A DNA stretch of 64,000 nucleotides from Escherichia coli (lineage in GTDB: Bacteria > Pseudomonadota > Gammaproteobacteria > Enterobacterales > Enterobacteriaceae), in NCBI RefSeq assembly GCF_016026235.1, contig NZ_CP065613.1; one strand, given 5' to 3'. The notes under the pieces were generated by a model. That model did not search any database, had not been told where the DNA came from, and saw only the letters and a list, made by a program, of their open reading frames with translations. This document shows positions 46,385 to 56,347 of the stretch, piece by piece; the stretch's first letter is position 1; each line of letters begins with the position of its first letter. Position numbers and translations under genes: made by a program.

Positions 46385-48646
46385 ATGATCAAGTTATCTG
46401 AAAAAGGCGTGTTTCTCGCCAGTAATAACGAAATAATTGCCGAAGAACATTTCACCGGCGAAATTAAAAAAGAAGAAGCCAAAAAAGGCACTATTGCCTG
46501 GTCTATTCTCTCTTCTCATAATACGTCCGGAAATATGGATAAACTTAAAATTAAGTTTGATTCATTAGCCTCTCACGATATTACCTTTGTTGGTATTGTA
46601 CAGACCGCTAAAGCGTCCGGTATGGAACGTTTCCCGCTGCCGTATGTGCTGACCAACTGCCATAACTCACTTTGCGCCGTCGGCGGCACCATTAACGGTG
46701 ATGACCATGTTTTTGGTTTATCGGCGGCCCAGCGTTATGGCGGTATTTTTGTGCCTCCGCATATTGCGGTCATCCATCAATATATGCGTGAAATGATGGC
46801 AGGCGGCGGCAAAATGATCCTCGGGTCAGACAGCCACACCCGTTACGGTGCATTAGGGACAATGGCAGTCGGTGAGGGCGGCGGTGAATTGGTAAAACAG
46901 CTGCTTAATGACACCTGGGATATCGACTATCCGGGAGTTATTGCGGTGCATCTGACCGGAAAACCAGCGCCGTATGTCGGGCCGCAGGATGTGGCGCTGG
47001 CTATCATCGGTGCCGTGTTCAAAAACGGCTACGTCAAAAACAAAGTGATGGAATTCGTAGGTCCCGGTGTTGCTGCGCTCTCTACCGATTTCCGTAACAG
47101 TGTTGACGTTATGACCACTGAAACGACCTGTTTAAGTTCTGTCTGGCAAACCGATGAAGAAGTGCATAACTGGCTGGCGCTGCACGGTCGCGGCCAGGAT
47201 TACTGCCAGCTTAACCCTCAACCGATGGCGTACTACGATGGCTGCATCAGCGTTGATTTAAGCGCCATCAAACCAATGATTGCGCTGCCGTTCCACCCGA
47301 GCAACGTGTATGAAATCGACACACTGAACCAGAACCTGACCGACATTCTGCGTGAGATTGAAATTGAGTCCGAACGCGTGGCGCACGGTAAAGCCAAACT
47401 CTCGCTGCTGGACAAAGTGGAAAATGGTCGCCTGAAAGTGCAGCAGGGGATTATCGCGGGCTGTTCTGGCGGTAACTACGAAAACGTTATCGCGGCGGCG
47501 AATGCACTGCGCGGTCAATCCTGTGGCAATGACACCTTCTCGTTAGCGGTTTACCCGTCATCACAGCCAGTATTTATGGATTTAGCCAAAAAAGGTGTGG
47601 TAGCAGATTTGATTGGCGCAGGCGCAATCATCAGAACCGCGTTCTGCGGCCCATGCTTTGGCGCGGGCGATACGCCAATCAACAACGGTTTAAGTATTCG
47701 CCACACCACGCGTAACTTCCCGAACCGCGAAGGCTCTAAGCCAGCTAATGGGCAGATGTCAGCGGTGGCGTTGATGGACGCTCGTTCTATCGCTGCGACT
47801 GCGGCAAACGGTGGCTATTTAACTTCTGCCAGCGAACTCGATTGCTGGGACAACGTGCCGGAGTACGCCTTCGATGTAACGCCGTATAAAAACCGTGTTT
47901 ATCAGGGCTTTGTGAAAGGGGCAACTCAGCAACCGCTGATTTACGGACCGAACATTAAAGACTGGCCGGAATTAGGTGCGCTGACTGACAATATCGTCCT
48001 CAAAGTGTGCTCGAAGATCCTCGACGAAGTGACCACCACCGACGAATTGATTCCTTCCGGTGAAACCTCTTCTTATCGTTCAAATCCGATTGGTCTGGCG
48101 GAGTTTACCCTGTCTCGCCGCGATCCCGGTTATGTTGGCAGAAGTAAAGCGACTGCTGAGCTGGAAAATCAGCGTCTGGCGGGGAATGTCAGCGAGCTGA
48201 CAGAGGTGTTTGCGCGCATTAAGCAGATTGCTGGTCAGGAGCATATTGATCCGCTGCAAACTGAAATTGGCAGCATGGTCTATGCGGTGAAACCAGGCGA
48301 TGGTTCTGCGCGTGAACAGGCGGCGAGCTGCCAGCGTGTGATTGGCGGTTTGGCGAATATTGCCGAGGAGTACGCGACTAAACGCTACCGTTCTAACGTC
48401 ATCAACTGGGGGATGTTACCGCTGCAGATGGCGGAAGTGCCAACCTTTGAAGTGGGGGATTACATTTACATCCCTGGCATTAAAGCGGCGCTGGATAATC
48501 CGGGTAGGACGTTTAAAGGTTATGTGATCCATGAAGATGCGCCGGTAACGGAAATTACGCTCTATATGGAAAGTCTGACTGCTGAAGAGCGCGAGATTAT
48601 CAAGGCGGGTAGTTTGATTAACTTCAATAAAAACCGTCAGATGTAA
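46385..48646 (+). CDS. ybhJ: aconitase-family protein YbhJ
   Basis: 753 aa from ATG 46385 ([10 protein letters not shown]...). Synteny with K-12. Confidence 0.9.
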   Translation: MIKLSEKGVFLASNNEIIAEEHFTGEIKKEEAKKGTIAWSILSSHNTSGNMDKLKIKFDSLASHDITFVGIVQTAKASGMERFPLPYVLTNCHNSLCAVGGTINGDDHVFGLSAAQRYGGIFVPPHIAVIHQYMREMMAGGGKMILGSDSHTRYGALGTMAVGEGGGELVKQLLNDTWDIDYPGVIAVHLTGKPAPYVGPQDVALAIIGAVFKNGYVKNKVMEFVGPGVAALSTDFRNSVDVMTTETTCLSSVWQTDEEVHNWLALHGRGQDYCQLNPQPMAYYDGCISVDLSAIKPMIALPFHPSNVYEIDTLNQNLTDILREIEIESERVAHGKAKLSLLDKVENGRLKVQQGIIAGCSGGNYENVIAAANALRGQSCGNDTFSLAVYPSSQPVFMDLAKKGVVADLIGAGAIIRTAFCGPCFGAGDTPINNGLSIRHTTRNFPNREGSKPANGQMSAVALMDARSIAATAANGGYLTSASELDCWDNVPEYAFDVTPYKNRVYQGFVKGATQQPLIYGPNIKDWPELGALTDNIVLKVCSKILDEVTTTDELIPSGETSSYRSNPIGLAEFTLSRRDPGYVGRSKATAELENQRLAGNVSELTEVFARIKQIAGQEHIDPLQTEIGSMVYAVKPGDGSAREQAASCQRVIGGLANIAEEYATKRYRSNVINWGMLPLQMAEVPTFEVGDYIYIPGIKAALDNPGRTFKGYVIHEDAPVTEITLYMESLTAEEREIIKAGSLINFNKNRQM

Positions 48647-48660
48647 AAAGCGCCATGTGA

Positions 48661-48864
48661 ATGTAGGTCGCATTCGGCACTTATTGTCGGATGCGATGCT
48701 TGCGCATCTTATCCGACCTACGAATCGCATCGAATCTGTAGGCCAGATAAGGCATTTACGCAGCATCCGGCACTTATTGTCGGATGCGATGCTGGCGCAT
48801 CTTATCCGACCTACAAATCGCATCGAACCGTAGGCCGGATAAGGTGTTTACGCCGCATCCGGCA
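48661..48864. repeat. REP/BIME cluster (at least four REP units in alternating orientation; ~94-bp tandem duplication)
   Basis: Units of the form TCGGATGCGATGCT.GCGCATCTTATCCGACCTAC and inverse GTAGGCC.GATAAGG...GCATCCGGCA. The 60-nt block at 48674-48733 recurs at 48768-48827 with 2 mismatches. Confidence 0.9.
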
Positions 48865-48879
48865 AATAGTTAATAGCTC

Positions 48880-50163
48880 TTACTTCTTCGCCTCTGCAAC
48901 CACTTTGCTACCCACGCCGCGGTTATTGTATTCCCACATGCGGTTGTAGTTAGTGTCATTCAGATTGCGCTGTATTTCGTCGCTATCGTCAACGCTGCCG
49001 GTATTACCCGCAAACGGACGATTAGAGATCACCGCATCGCCCCACGGTTTAACCGTGTTAAAACCTTCGTTGATGGCGCTATCACGGATCACCACCTGAC
49101 CGTTGGTATTGGCATCAACATCCAGCGAGCGGCCCAGTTGCGCCACGCCATCACCGGAAGCATTGAAACGGCTGTTTACGGCGAGGAAACCGTAATAGAT
49201 GTTGGACAGCGTAGCCGGTGCAAACACATACGCTTCTTGCTGAGTACGTGAGTTCACCACGCGGAATTCGGTGTTATCGAACACCACTGCACCGCGACCA
49301 GAAACGATATCCACATCCCCTTCAATATAGCTGTTGGTCACCAGCGTACGTGGCTGACGATTGGTTTCCAGACGGTTCTGCACACCGCTGTTGGTGACAA
49401 AGAAGGTGTTCTGACGACCGAGAATGTTAACGTTGTTAATCTGTACCTGGTCACCATCAGTACGCAGTGCCACCGCCGGATGGTTACCTGCATCTACGCT
49501 ATCGCCCAGCGTGTTTTCGATGGTCAGATTTTGCAGTTGCAGGCCATTGTTTTGTGACCAGAAGACCGCAGAACAGAGAACACCGATACTGTCGCTGCGT
49601 TTGCTCTGGCAGCTATCGTACATATACCACGCTGGTTTACCTGGCATATATTTGCCGCGCGGGTTGACGTCGTGACGCCAGTCGGCAGGGCTCATGCCAC
49701 CATCAAGGGAAAGCCCAATCTTCACATCAATCGGTTTTTCACCTGTACCGTACAGAGTAATTCCACCCGGAGCGGCAGGGACATATACCGTTCCCTGATA
49801 CTCACCAGGCATCACGGCAATATACTGGCGCTTGTTGGTACGCTTGATAATTGCCGCATCTACCGCCGCCTGAATCGTGGTATGCGTTACACCTTGAGTG
49901 CCCGCCGGGCCGACAACAAAGTCAGGTTGCGCAGGCAGGGTAATCGGGGACGGATTCCACGCTGCAGCACCTGGTGTCAGGGATGCAAAATAGTGTTGAG
50001 CATCGAAATTCTGCGCTTCTTTTGCCGACAGAATCGGGCGAGAAGAGGTACCAGGCGCAGTTTGATCAGAAGGACGTTGATCGGGTGGTGTTGAGCTACA
50101 GGCGGTCAGCGTCACGCCAAAAGCCAATGCCAGCGCCAGACGGGAAACTGAAAATGTGTTCAC
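48880..50163 (-). CDS. ybhC: pectinesterase-like outer-membrane lipoprotein YbhC
   Basis: 427 aa with lipobox LTAC at the N-terminus. Synteny; this is the last gene before attB-lambda in K-12. Confidence 0.9.
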   Translation of the reverse strand: MNTFSVSRLALALAFGVTLTACSSTPPDQRPSDQTAPGTSSRPILSAKEAQNFDAQHYFASLTPGAAAWNPSPITLPAQPDFVVGPAGTQGVTHTTIQAAVDAAIIKRTNKRQYIAVMPGEYQGTVYVPAAPGGITLYGTGEKPIDVKIGLSLDGGMSPADWRHDVNPRGKYMPGKPAWYMYDSCQSKRSDSIGVLCSAVFWSQNNGLQLQNLTIENTLGDSVDAGNHPAVALRTDGDQVQINNVNILGRQNTFFVTNSGVQNRLETNRQPRTLVTNSYIEGDVDIVSGRGAVVFDNTEFRVVNSRTQQEAYVFAPATLSNIYYGFLAVNSRFNASGDGVAQLGRSLDVDANTNGQVVIRDSAINEGFNTVKPWGDAVISNRPFAGNTGSVDDSDEIQRNLNDTNYNRMWEYNNRGVGSKVVAEAKK

Positions 50164-50194
50164 AGGTTGCTCCGGGCTATGAAATAGAAAAATG

Positions 50195-50296
50195 AATCTG
50201 TTGAAGCCTGCTTTTTATACTAAGTTGGCATTATAAAAAAGCATTGCTTATCAATTTGTTGCAACGAACAGGTCATTATCAGTCAAAATAAAATCA
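50195..50296. other. attL: attL (BOP') of lambda: bacterial B arm, common core, phage P' arm
   Basis: TGAAGCCTGCTTTTTATACTAAGTTGGCATTATAAAAAAGCATTGCTTATCAATTTGTTGCAACGAACAGGTCA.TATCAGTCAAAATAAAATCATTATTTG matches lambda attP P' arm and E. coli attB B arm from memory. The core at 50210-50223 has five Ts where canonical GCTTTTTTATACTAA has six. Confidence 0.9.
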
Positions 50297-51367
50297 TTAT
50301 TTGATTTCAATTTTGTCCCACTCCCTGCCTCTGTCATCACGATACTGTGATGCCATGGTGTCCGACTTGTGCCCGAGAAGATGTTGAGCAAACTTATCGC
50401 TTATCTGCTTCTCATAGAGTCTTGCAGACAAACTGCGCAACTCGTGAAAGGTAGGTGGATCCCCTTCGAAGGAAAGACCTGATGCTTTTCGTGCGCGCAT
50501 AAAATACCTTGATACTGTGCCGGATGAAAGCGGTTCACGACGAGTAGATGCAATTATGGTTTCTCCGCCAAGAATCTCTTTGCATTTATCAAGTGTTTCC
50601 TTCATTGATATCCCGAGAGCATCAACATGCAATGTTGTAGGGATGGCAATTTTTACGCCTGTTTTGCTTTGCTCGACATAAAGATATCCATCTACGATAT
50701 CAGACCACTTCATTTCGCATAAATCACCAACTCGTTGCCCGGTAACAACAGCCAGTTCCATTGCAAGTCTGAGCCAACATGGTGATGATTCTGCTGCTTG
50801 ATAAATTTTCAGGTATTCGTCAGCCGTAAGTCTTGATCTCCTTACCTCTGATTTTGCTGCGCGAGTGGCAGCGACCGGGTTTGTTGTTATATGGCCTTCA
50901 GCTATTGCCTCTCGGAATGCATCGCTCAGTGTTGATCTGATTAACTTGGCTGATGCCGCCTTGCCCTCGTCTATGTATCCATTGAGCATTGCCGCAATTT
51001 CTTTTGTGGTGATGTCTTCAAGTGGAGCATCAGGCAGCCCCCTCCTTATTGCTTTAATTTTGCTCATGTAATTTATGAGTGTCTTCTGCTTGATTCCTCT
51101 GCTGGCGAGGATTTTTTCGTAGCGATCAAGCCATGAATGTAACGTAACAGAATTATCACTGTTGATTCTCGCTGTCAGAGGCTTGTGTTTGTGTCCTGAA
51201 AATAACTCAATGTTGGCCTGTATAGCTTCAGTGATTGCGATTCGCCTGTCTCGGCCTAATCCAAACTCTTTACCCGTCCTTGGGTCCCTGTAGCAGTAAT
51301 ATCCATTGTTTCTTATATAAAGGTTAGGGGGTAAATCCCGGCGCTCATGACTTCGCCTTCTTCCCAT
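50297..51367 (-). CDS. int: lambda integrase
   Basis: 356 aa, MGRRRSHERRDLPPNLYIRNNGYYCYRDPRTGKEFGLGRDRRIAITEAIQANIELFSG... Essentially lambda Int. Confidence 0.97.
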   Translation of the reverse strand: MGRRRSHERRDLPPNLYIRNNGYYCYRDPRTGKEFGLGRDRRIAITEAIQANIELFSGHKHKPLTARINSDNSVTLHSWLDRYEKILASRGIKQKTLINYMSKIKAIRRGLPDAPLEDITTKEIAAMLNGYIDEGKAASAKLIRSTLSDAFREAIAEGHITTNPVAATRAAKSEVRRSRLTADEYLKIYQAAESSPCWLRLAMELAVVTGQRVGDLCEMKWSDIVDGYLYVEQSKTGVKIAIPTTLHVDALGISMKETLDKCKEILGGETIIASTRREPLSSGTVSRYFMRARKASGLSFEGDPPTFHELRSLSARLYEKQISDKFAQHLLGHKSDTMASQYRDDRGREWDKIEIK

Positions 51368-51563
51368 TTCTGATCCTCTTCAAAAGGCTACCTGTTACTG
51401 GTCGATTTAAGTCAACCTTTACCGCTGATTCGTGGAACAAATACTCTCTTCCATCCTTAACCGGAGGAGGGAATATCCTGCACTCGCGTACCCATCGACG
51501 AACTGTTTCAAGGCTCCTTGGGCGTCGCTGGCGTGCGTTCCACTCCTGAAGTGTCAAGTACAT
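51345..51563 (-). CDS. xis: lambda excisionase
   Basis: 72 aa, MYLTLQEWNARQRRPRSLETVRRWVRECRIFPPPVKDGREYLFHESAVKVDLNRP... Overlaps the int start as in lambda. Confidence 0.95.
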   Translation of the reverse strand: MYLTLQEWNARQRRPRSLETVRRWVRECRIFPPPVKDGREYLFHESAVKVDLNRPVTGSLLKRIRNGKKAKS

Positions 51564-51615
51564 CGCAAAGTCTCCGCAATTACTCGCAAGGGAGCGAGTA
51601 TTGGTTTATTTTCTC

Positions 51616-51642
51616 CAACAAAAAAGGAGCCGAAGCTCCTTT
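51616..51642 (-). terminator. intrinsic terminator between orf207 and xis
   Basis: Minus strand: AGGAGC-ttcg-GCTCCT followed by TTTTTGTT. Confidence 0.6.
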
Positions 51643-51647
51643 GATGA

Positions 51648-52271
51648 TTAAAATTCGAATTGTCTCGCCCGAAGGCTTTTCAGCATTGGTTTTGCCCGTT
51701 CGAAAAGGGCGCTTGCTTGGTCAAGTCGTGTCGCCTCCCTTAGCAGTACATCTCTGTTTTTCGTCACCGTGTAAAAAGTTTCAAACGCGATGTCATACAG
51801 CTTGCTCGTGTATGATGAGTTCAGTTCCTTCAATATCGGGTACAGACGTTTGCAGATGTCCTGCGCATTCTCCATCTGTACCTGCATATAGCAAAGGAGG
51901 ATGATTTCTTCGTCTGTGAATTGCTGCGCTGGTTGCATGCTGCGAAGTTTCTTTTCGCACTCGATGAAGTATCGGCGTATCTGGCGGCCTTTTTCGTTAC
52001 GCTCGACCATCGCCGTTTCTTTGGCTGTATCGAGGGTGAGGTGATAGTCTTTGCTACGGCGATCGCCTCCACGTCCTTTGATCCCCCTGTTTTGGTGAAC
52101 CAAAATGTAATCGACATCAACGGCAAAGCCGTATTCTGTTATGCGATTTTTAATCCATGTAGAGAAGTCACGACGTACTTCCAAAAATTCGTGTAAATCA
52201 CGGGCATTAACGAGAAGAGTTGTTTCGTTGGATATAGTGCCGTTGAATACGGGGATGAGTTGACTGGTCAT
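51648..52271 (-). CDS. AntA/AntB-type antirepressor-like protein
   Basis: 207 aa. The N-terminus IPVFNGTISNETTLLVNARDLHEFLEVRRDFSTWIKNRITEYGFAVDVDY resembles the AntA domain. Confidence 0.6.
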   Translation of the reverse strand: MTSQLIPVFNGTISNETTLLVNARDLHEFLEVRRDFSTWIKNRITEYGFAVDVDYILVHQNRGIKGRGGDRRSKDYHLTLDTAKETAMVERNEKGRQIRRYFIECEKKLRSMQPAQQFTDEEIILLCYMQVQMENAQDICKRLYPILKELNSSYTSKLYDIAFETFYTVTKNRDVLLREATRLDQASALFERAKPMLKSLRARQFEF

Positions 52272-52592
52272 TTTTATGTCCTTTGCATTTGTTCAGATAG
52301 CCCTGTGTTCAGCAGGGCGGTCAGGTACTTGAACACCGTGCAAAGTCGGCCCGTATCCTTAACCTTTCGGCTGTTTTTCGGTATACGCGCTACCCGACCA
52401 TATCTGAAAAATGGACATAAAAAATCCGCATGACTGACGGGTGCGGTTTCCGCTTTGCAAGGTGTGTTCAGCACCATGAAGCGGAATATAGCCCCGTTAA
52501 TGCGGTGTTGTCAAATCATGTAGGCCTTATCTTGCTGTAAGCCGCGCCATTCGGGCTTTTCCCCACATTTGGGGAAAACTATCTTGTCAAAA

Positions 52593-53375
52593 TCATGCAG
52601 CCTTTCGCCCTCCTTCGATGAGTTCCTCTATTTTGTGCACTCCAGCCTCGTTGTACCGAAATGTTTCAACCTGCTTGTCATTGTGCGCCGATTTGTCGAT
52701 GAACCACTTCCCGTACTTTTCTGTTTTGAGCATGTAGGTGTTGGCTATGCGTCCTACCTTGTTGGCTGAAATACCGTAGCGCTGGCCGACTTCCGTAGCA
52801 GAGTAGTAGTGCTCTGAGATAGCTGGCAGAGGTACAACATCGCGACCAACAATCGGGTTGAACACTCCAGCTACTGCTGCCTGCTTTGATTCTGAGGACA
52901 GATTCGGGAACATATTCACCAGTCGATCCGCCACGTTCAAAGCTATTTCCATGGTTCGCGCACGGTCTAGGCTACTTTCTGGTTGCGGTACTGGTTGAGG
53001 ATGGTTGGCAACCTTTTCGCGCTGATTGAAGTAGCCGTCCTCCAGTTTTTCGAACACGTCCCATGCCTGATCCGTTTCGAGCATCTTCGCGTGACGGGCG
53101 GCTCCGCGCTCTGTCCAGAGGATGAGGTGGCGTGCATTTGGGGCAATTTTCACAAAGTAGTTTAAAGCTACTTTGTGTTTTAGCGCGCGCAGCTCGTCAC
53201 CAACGACCTTGTAGAAGTGTACCCCCTCAACAAAGCGCGACTTGTTTTCATGATGGTTTTGCCGGATGCGCACAACATCCGTTCCGTACAACTGCGCCAA
53301 TAGTTCGCTGGTGATGACGTTGGTTTGTTTGTAGGTGATTGGTGAAAGTGTTTCAACAGAAATTTGAGCATTCAT
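52593..53375 (-). CDS. ORF6N/KilA-N-like DNA-binding domain protein (antirepressor-like)
   Basis: 260 aa. The N-terminus ITYKQTNVITSELLAQLYGTDVVRIRQNHHENKSRFVEGVHFYKV resembles the ORF6N domain. Confidence 0.55.
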   Translation of the reverse strand: MNAQISVETLSPITYKQTNVITSELLAQLYGTDVVRIRQNHHENKSRFVEGVHFYKVVGDELRALKHKVALNYFVKIAPNARHLILWTERGAARHAKMLETDQAWDVFEKLEDGYFNQREKVANHPQPVPQPESSLDRARTMEIALNVADRLVNMFPNLSSESKQAAVAGVFNPIVGRDVVPLPAISEHYYSATEVGQRYGISANKVGRIANTYMLKTEKYGKWFIDKSAHNDKQVETFRYNEAGVHKIEELIEGGRKAA

Positions 53376-53440
53376 AGCGTCCTCACATTGGCTTTTGCAT
53401 TGAAGAAAGCTTGACGGTGAACTCGCCGTAACGAGTTCAG

Positions 53441-53470
53441 ATAAAAGAAATCCCCGCGAGTGCGAGGATT
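53441..53470 (-). terminator. intrinsic terminator after the DUF551 gene
   Basis: Minus strand: AATCCTCGC-actc-GCGGGGATT (one mismatch) followed by TCTTTTAT. Confidence 0.5.
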
Positions 53471-53499
53471 GTTATTTACCTTTGACGGCAAGTTGCAGG

Positions 53500-54030
53500 T
53501 TAGCCACGGTTAACCTCCTGCGGCGGTTCTGGTAGCTGCATCCAGTGGGTTACCTCTTTGAGATACAGGTCTTCGCCATCACCGTCATCCCAAGTGGGAT
53601 TGCCATCATTAAACCAGTCGCCATATACGCCGACCTGAGTGTTGGGGATGTTTGGTGGGTAGTTGTTTTTAAAGTCAGCTGCTAACACATAGCATTGTCG
53701 CTCTCCCATTTCTGGCATTCGCTCACTACAGCTTATCCAGGCATCCGGAGTTACCGGCACTGGCTGGGCGGTATAAAGCGGTGTTATATCTGCCCGAAAA
53801 TTACATGCTTTATGCAGCCGCACCCACCGTTCGACTTCTGCTTTGTCAGAATACATACCAGTGAACGTGTTATATTCACGGTCAATTTGCGTGAAGGTTA
53901 CCTTCCACGCCACCGGCTCTGCTGTCAGCGATGCCAGAGCAATTTCATAAGCACGGCGTTCAACATTGTCTCGCACATCCAAACTGCTGATACGCTCTTT
54001 GATTTCTTTAATCAGTTCTTTGTCGTTCAC
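53500..54030 (-). CDS. DUF551-domain protein
   Basis: The C-terminus WISCSERMPE...THWMQLPEPP is the DUF551 signature from memory. Confidence 0.65.
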   Translation of the reverse strand: MNDKELIKEIKERISSLDVRDNVERRAYEIALASLTAEPVAWKVTFTQIDREYNTFTGMYSDKAEVERWVRLHKACNFRADITPLYTAQPVPVTPDAWISCSERMPEMGERQCYVLAADFKNNYPPNIPNTQVGVYGDWFNDGNPTWDDGDGEDLYLKEVTHWMQLPEPPQEVNRG

Positions 54031-54102
54031 TTATGCCTCCGATTCCCGGATGTCACCCAAATCAACGCTACAATGCCAACCAGTGCAACGAGCGCAAAAC
54101 TA

Positions 54103-54606
54103 TCAAGCATCTCCAACCTCTTTAACGGTAACTGTCTGTGCCTCCAGTTCTGCTATGCGCTTTTCTGAGGCTTCAAGTAACGCCTGCTTATCGCGTAGCG
54201 CTTCTTCCAGTTCAGCAACATGGCATTCACTATCAATAAGGTTGTTCTCTGCTGCTTCCAGCTCAACACGCAACTTCCCTACCGTTAGCGCAATTTCCTC
54301 GTTCTCCTGATCGCGGCTTTTGATGTATTGCAGGTTTCTTTCCCGTTCATCCAGTAGTGCCAGCGCAACATTTGGATTAAAAGCAGCAATAAATTCAGCG
54401 TTTGCATAAGCCTGAACATCTGTTTCAACCAGGCAGTTAACATGACATTCCGCAATCACACCACCGGGTTCTCCTTTCCATTTTTGACAAACAAAAACTC
54501 CTGTTATATTCCCATGCTGATTGCCCGATGTATGCCCTACGATGTAGCTCCCTTTCGTTGCCTTTTCTGCCGCATCACGCAGTGCCTGATAATTAATTTC
54601 GCTCAC
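54103..54606 (-). CDS. Ead/Ea22-like protein (GTG start)
   Basis: 167 aa with a C-terminal coiled coil. Family from memory. The start GTG overlaps the upstream TGA. Confidence 0.6.
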   Translation of the reverse strand: MSEINYQALRDAAEKATKGSYIVGHTSGNQHGNITGVFVCQKWKGEPGGVIAECHVNCLVETDVQAYANAEFIAAFNPNVALALLDERERNLQYIKSRDQENEEIALTVGKLRVELEAAENNLIDSECHVAELEEALRDKQALLEASEKRIAELEAQTVTVKEVGDA

Positions 54607-54728
54607 TTCGAACCTCTCTGTTTACTGATAAGCTCCAGATCTGCATTAAGCGCAGCAAAAATCTCTGGTGGTGTGCGCCAGCTGTCGCGATGTTCGGCAG
54701 GAGTATTGCTTCCGGTGAAATCAGTCAT
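54603..54728 (-). pseudogene. 41-codon ORF resembling only the N-terminus of a phage Dam-type N6-adenine methyltransferase
   Basis: [41 protein letters not shown]. The W.TP..(I/L)F.AL(N/D)AEF motif is present but the catalytic part is absent. Translationally coupled on both sides (ATGA/GTGA overlaps). Confidence 0.35.
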
Positions 54729-54883
54729 ACAGCCCCCCGTTTATTATTTATCTCCTCAGCCAGCCGCTGTGCTTTCAGTGGATTTCTGATAACAGAAAGG
54801 CCGGGAAATACCCAGCCTCGCTTTGTAACGGAGTAGATGAAAGTGATCGCACCTACCCGGATATTATCGCGAGGATGCTTCAT
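54725..54883 (-). CDS. lambda orf60a-like small protein
   Basis: [52 protein letters not shown] (52 aa). ATGA overlap with the exo stop. Below the track size cut-off. Confidence 0.6.
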   Translation of the reverse strand: MKHPRDNIRVGAITFIYSVTKRGWVFPGLSVIRNPLKAQRLAEEINNKRGAV

Positions 54884-55560
54884 CGCCATTGCTCCCCAAA
54901 TACAAAACCAATTTCAGCCAGTGCCTCGTCCATTTTTTCGATGAACTCCGGCACCATCTCGTCAAAATTCGCCATGTACCTTTCATCCCGCTCAACCACG
55001 ACATAATGCAGGCCTTCACGCTTCATGCGCGGGTCATAGTTGGCAAAGTACCAGGCATCTTTTCGCGTCACCCACATGCTGTACTGCACCTGGGCCATGT
55101 AAGCCGACTTTATGGCCTCGAAACCACCGAGCCGGAACTTCATGAAATCCCGGGAGGTAAACGGGCATTTCAGCTCAAGGCCATTGCCGTCACTGCATAA
55201 ACCATCGGGAGAGCAGGCGGTGCGCATACTTTCGTCGCGATAGATGATCGGGGATTCAGTAACATTCACGCCGGAAGTGAATTCAAACAGAGTTCTGGCG
55301 TCGTTCTCGTACTGTTTTCCCCATGCCAGCGCCTTAGCATTAACTTCCGGAGCCACACCGGTGCAAACCTCAGCCAGCAGGGTGTGGAAGTAGGACATTT
55401 TCATGTCAGGCCACTTCTTTCCTGAGCGGGGCTTTGCTATCACGTTGTGAACTTCTGAAGCGGTGATGACGCCGAGCCGTAATTTGTGCCACGCATCATC
55501 TCCCTGCTCGATAGCTCTCACGTCGATCCCGGTACGCTGCAGGATAATGTCCGGTGTCAT
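54880..55560 (-). CDS. exo: lambda exonuclease (Red alpha)
   Basis: 226 aa, [65 protein letters not shown]... = lambda Exo. Confidence 0.97.
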   Translation of the reverse strand: MTPDIILQRTGIDVRAIEQGDDAWHKLRLGVITASEVHNVIAKPRSGKKWPDMKMSYFHTLLAEVCTGVAPEVNAKALAWGKQYENDARTLFEFTSGVNVTESPIIYRDESMRTACSPDGLCSDGNGLELKCPFTSRDFMKFRLGGFEAIKSAYMAQVQYSMWVTRKDAWYFANYDPRMKREGLHYVVVERDERYMANFDEMVPEFIEKMDEALAEIGFVFGEQWR

Positions 55561-56342
55561 GCTGCCACCTTCTGTTCAGTGGCTTTTTGTTTCAGGAATC
55601 CAAGAGCTTTCACTGCTTCGGCCTGTGTCAGTTCTGACGATGCGCGAATGTCGCGGCGAAATATCTGGGAACAGAGCGGCAATAAGTCGTCATCCCATGT
55701 TTTATCCAGGGCGATCAGCAGAGTGTTAATCTCCTGCATGGTTTCATCGTTAACCGGAGTGATGTCGCGTTCCGGCTGACGTTCTGCAGTGTATGCGGTA
55801 TTTTCGACAATGCGCTCGGCTTCATCCTTGTCATAGATACCAGCAAATCCGAAGGCGAGACGGGCACACTGAATCATGGCTTTATGACGTAACATCCGTT
55901 TGGGATGCGACTGCCACGGTCCGGTGATTTCTCTGCCTTCGCGGGTTTTGAATGGTTCGCGGCGGCATTCATCCATCCACTCGGTAACGCAGATCGGATG
56001 ATTGCGGTCCTTGCGGTAAATCCGGCATGTGCAGGATTCATTGTCCTGCTCAAAGTCCATACCATCAAACTGCTGGTTTTCATTGATGATGCGGGACCAG
56101 CCATCAACGCCCACCACCGGAACGATGCCGTTCTGCTTATCAGGGAAGGCGTAAATTTCTTTCGTCCACGGATTAAGGCCGTACTGGTTGGCGACGATCA
56201 ACAATGCGATGAACTGCGCATCGCTGGCATCACCTTTAAATGCCGTCTGGCGAAGAGTGGTGATCAGTTCTTGTGGGTCGACAGAATCCATGTCGACACG
56301 TTCAGCCAGCTTCCCAGCCAGCGTTGCGAGTGCTGTACTCAT
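55557..56342 (-). CDS. bet: lambda Beta recombinase (Red beta)
   Basis: 261 aa, [66 protein letters not shown]... = lambda Bet. Confidence 0.97.
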   Translation of the reverse strand: MSTALATLAGKLAERVDMDSVDPQELITTLRQTAFKGDASDAQFIALLIVANQYGLNPWTKEIYAFPDKQNGIVPVVGVDGWSRIINENQQFDGMDFEQDNESCTCRIYRKDRNHPICVTEWMDECRREPFKTREGREITGPWQSHPKRMLRHKAMIQCARLAFGFAGIYDKDEAERIVENTAYTAERQPERDITPVNDETMQEINTLLIALDKTWDDDLLPLCSQIFRRDIRASSELTQAEAVKALGFLKQKATEQKVAA

Positions 56343-56347
56343 CCGTT

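Noticed and set aside
48416-48823. 135-aa minus-strand ORF with an internal protein repeat (MRFVGRIRCASIASDNKCRM twice)
   Set aside because: The repeat is simply the translation of the tandem REP/BIME units downstream of ybhJ. This is an intergenic repeat region, not a gene.
48661-48864. Regularly spaced repeats that might be mistaken for a CRISPR array
   Set aside because: The units are REP palindromes in alternating orientation with a ~94-bp duplication. There are no unique spacers, no leader and no cas genes anywhere in the window.
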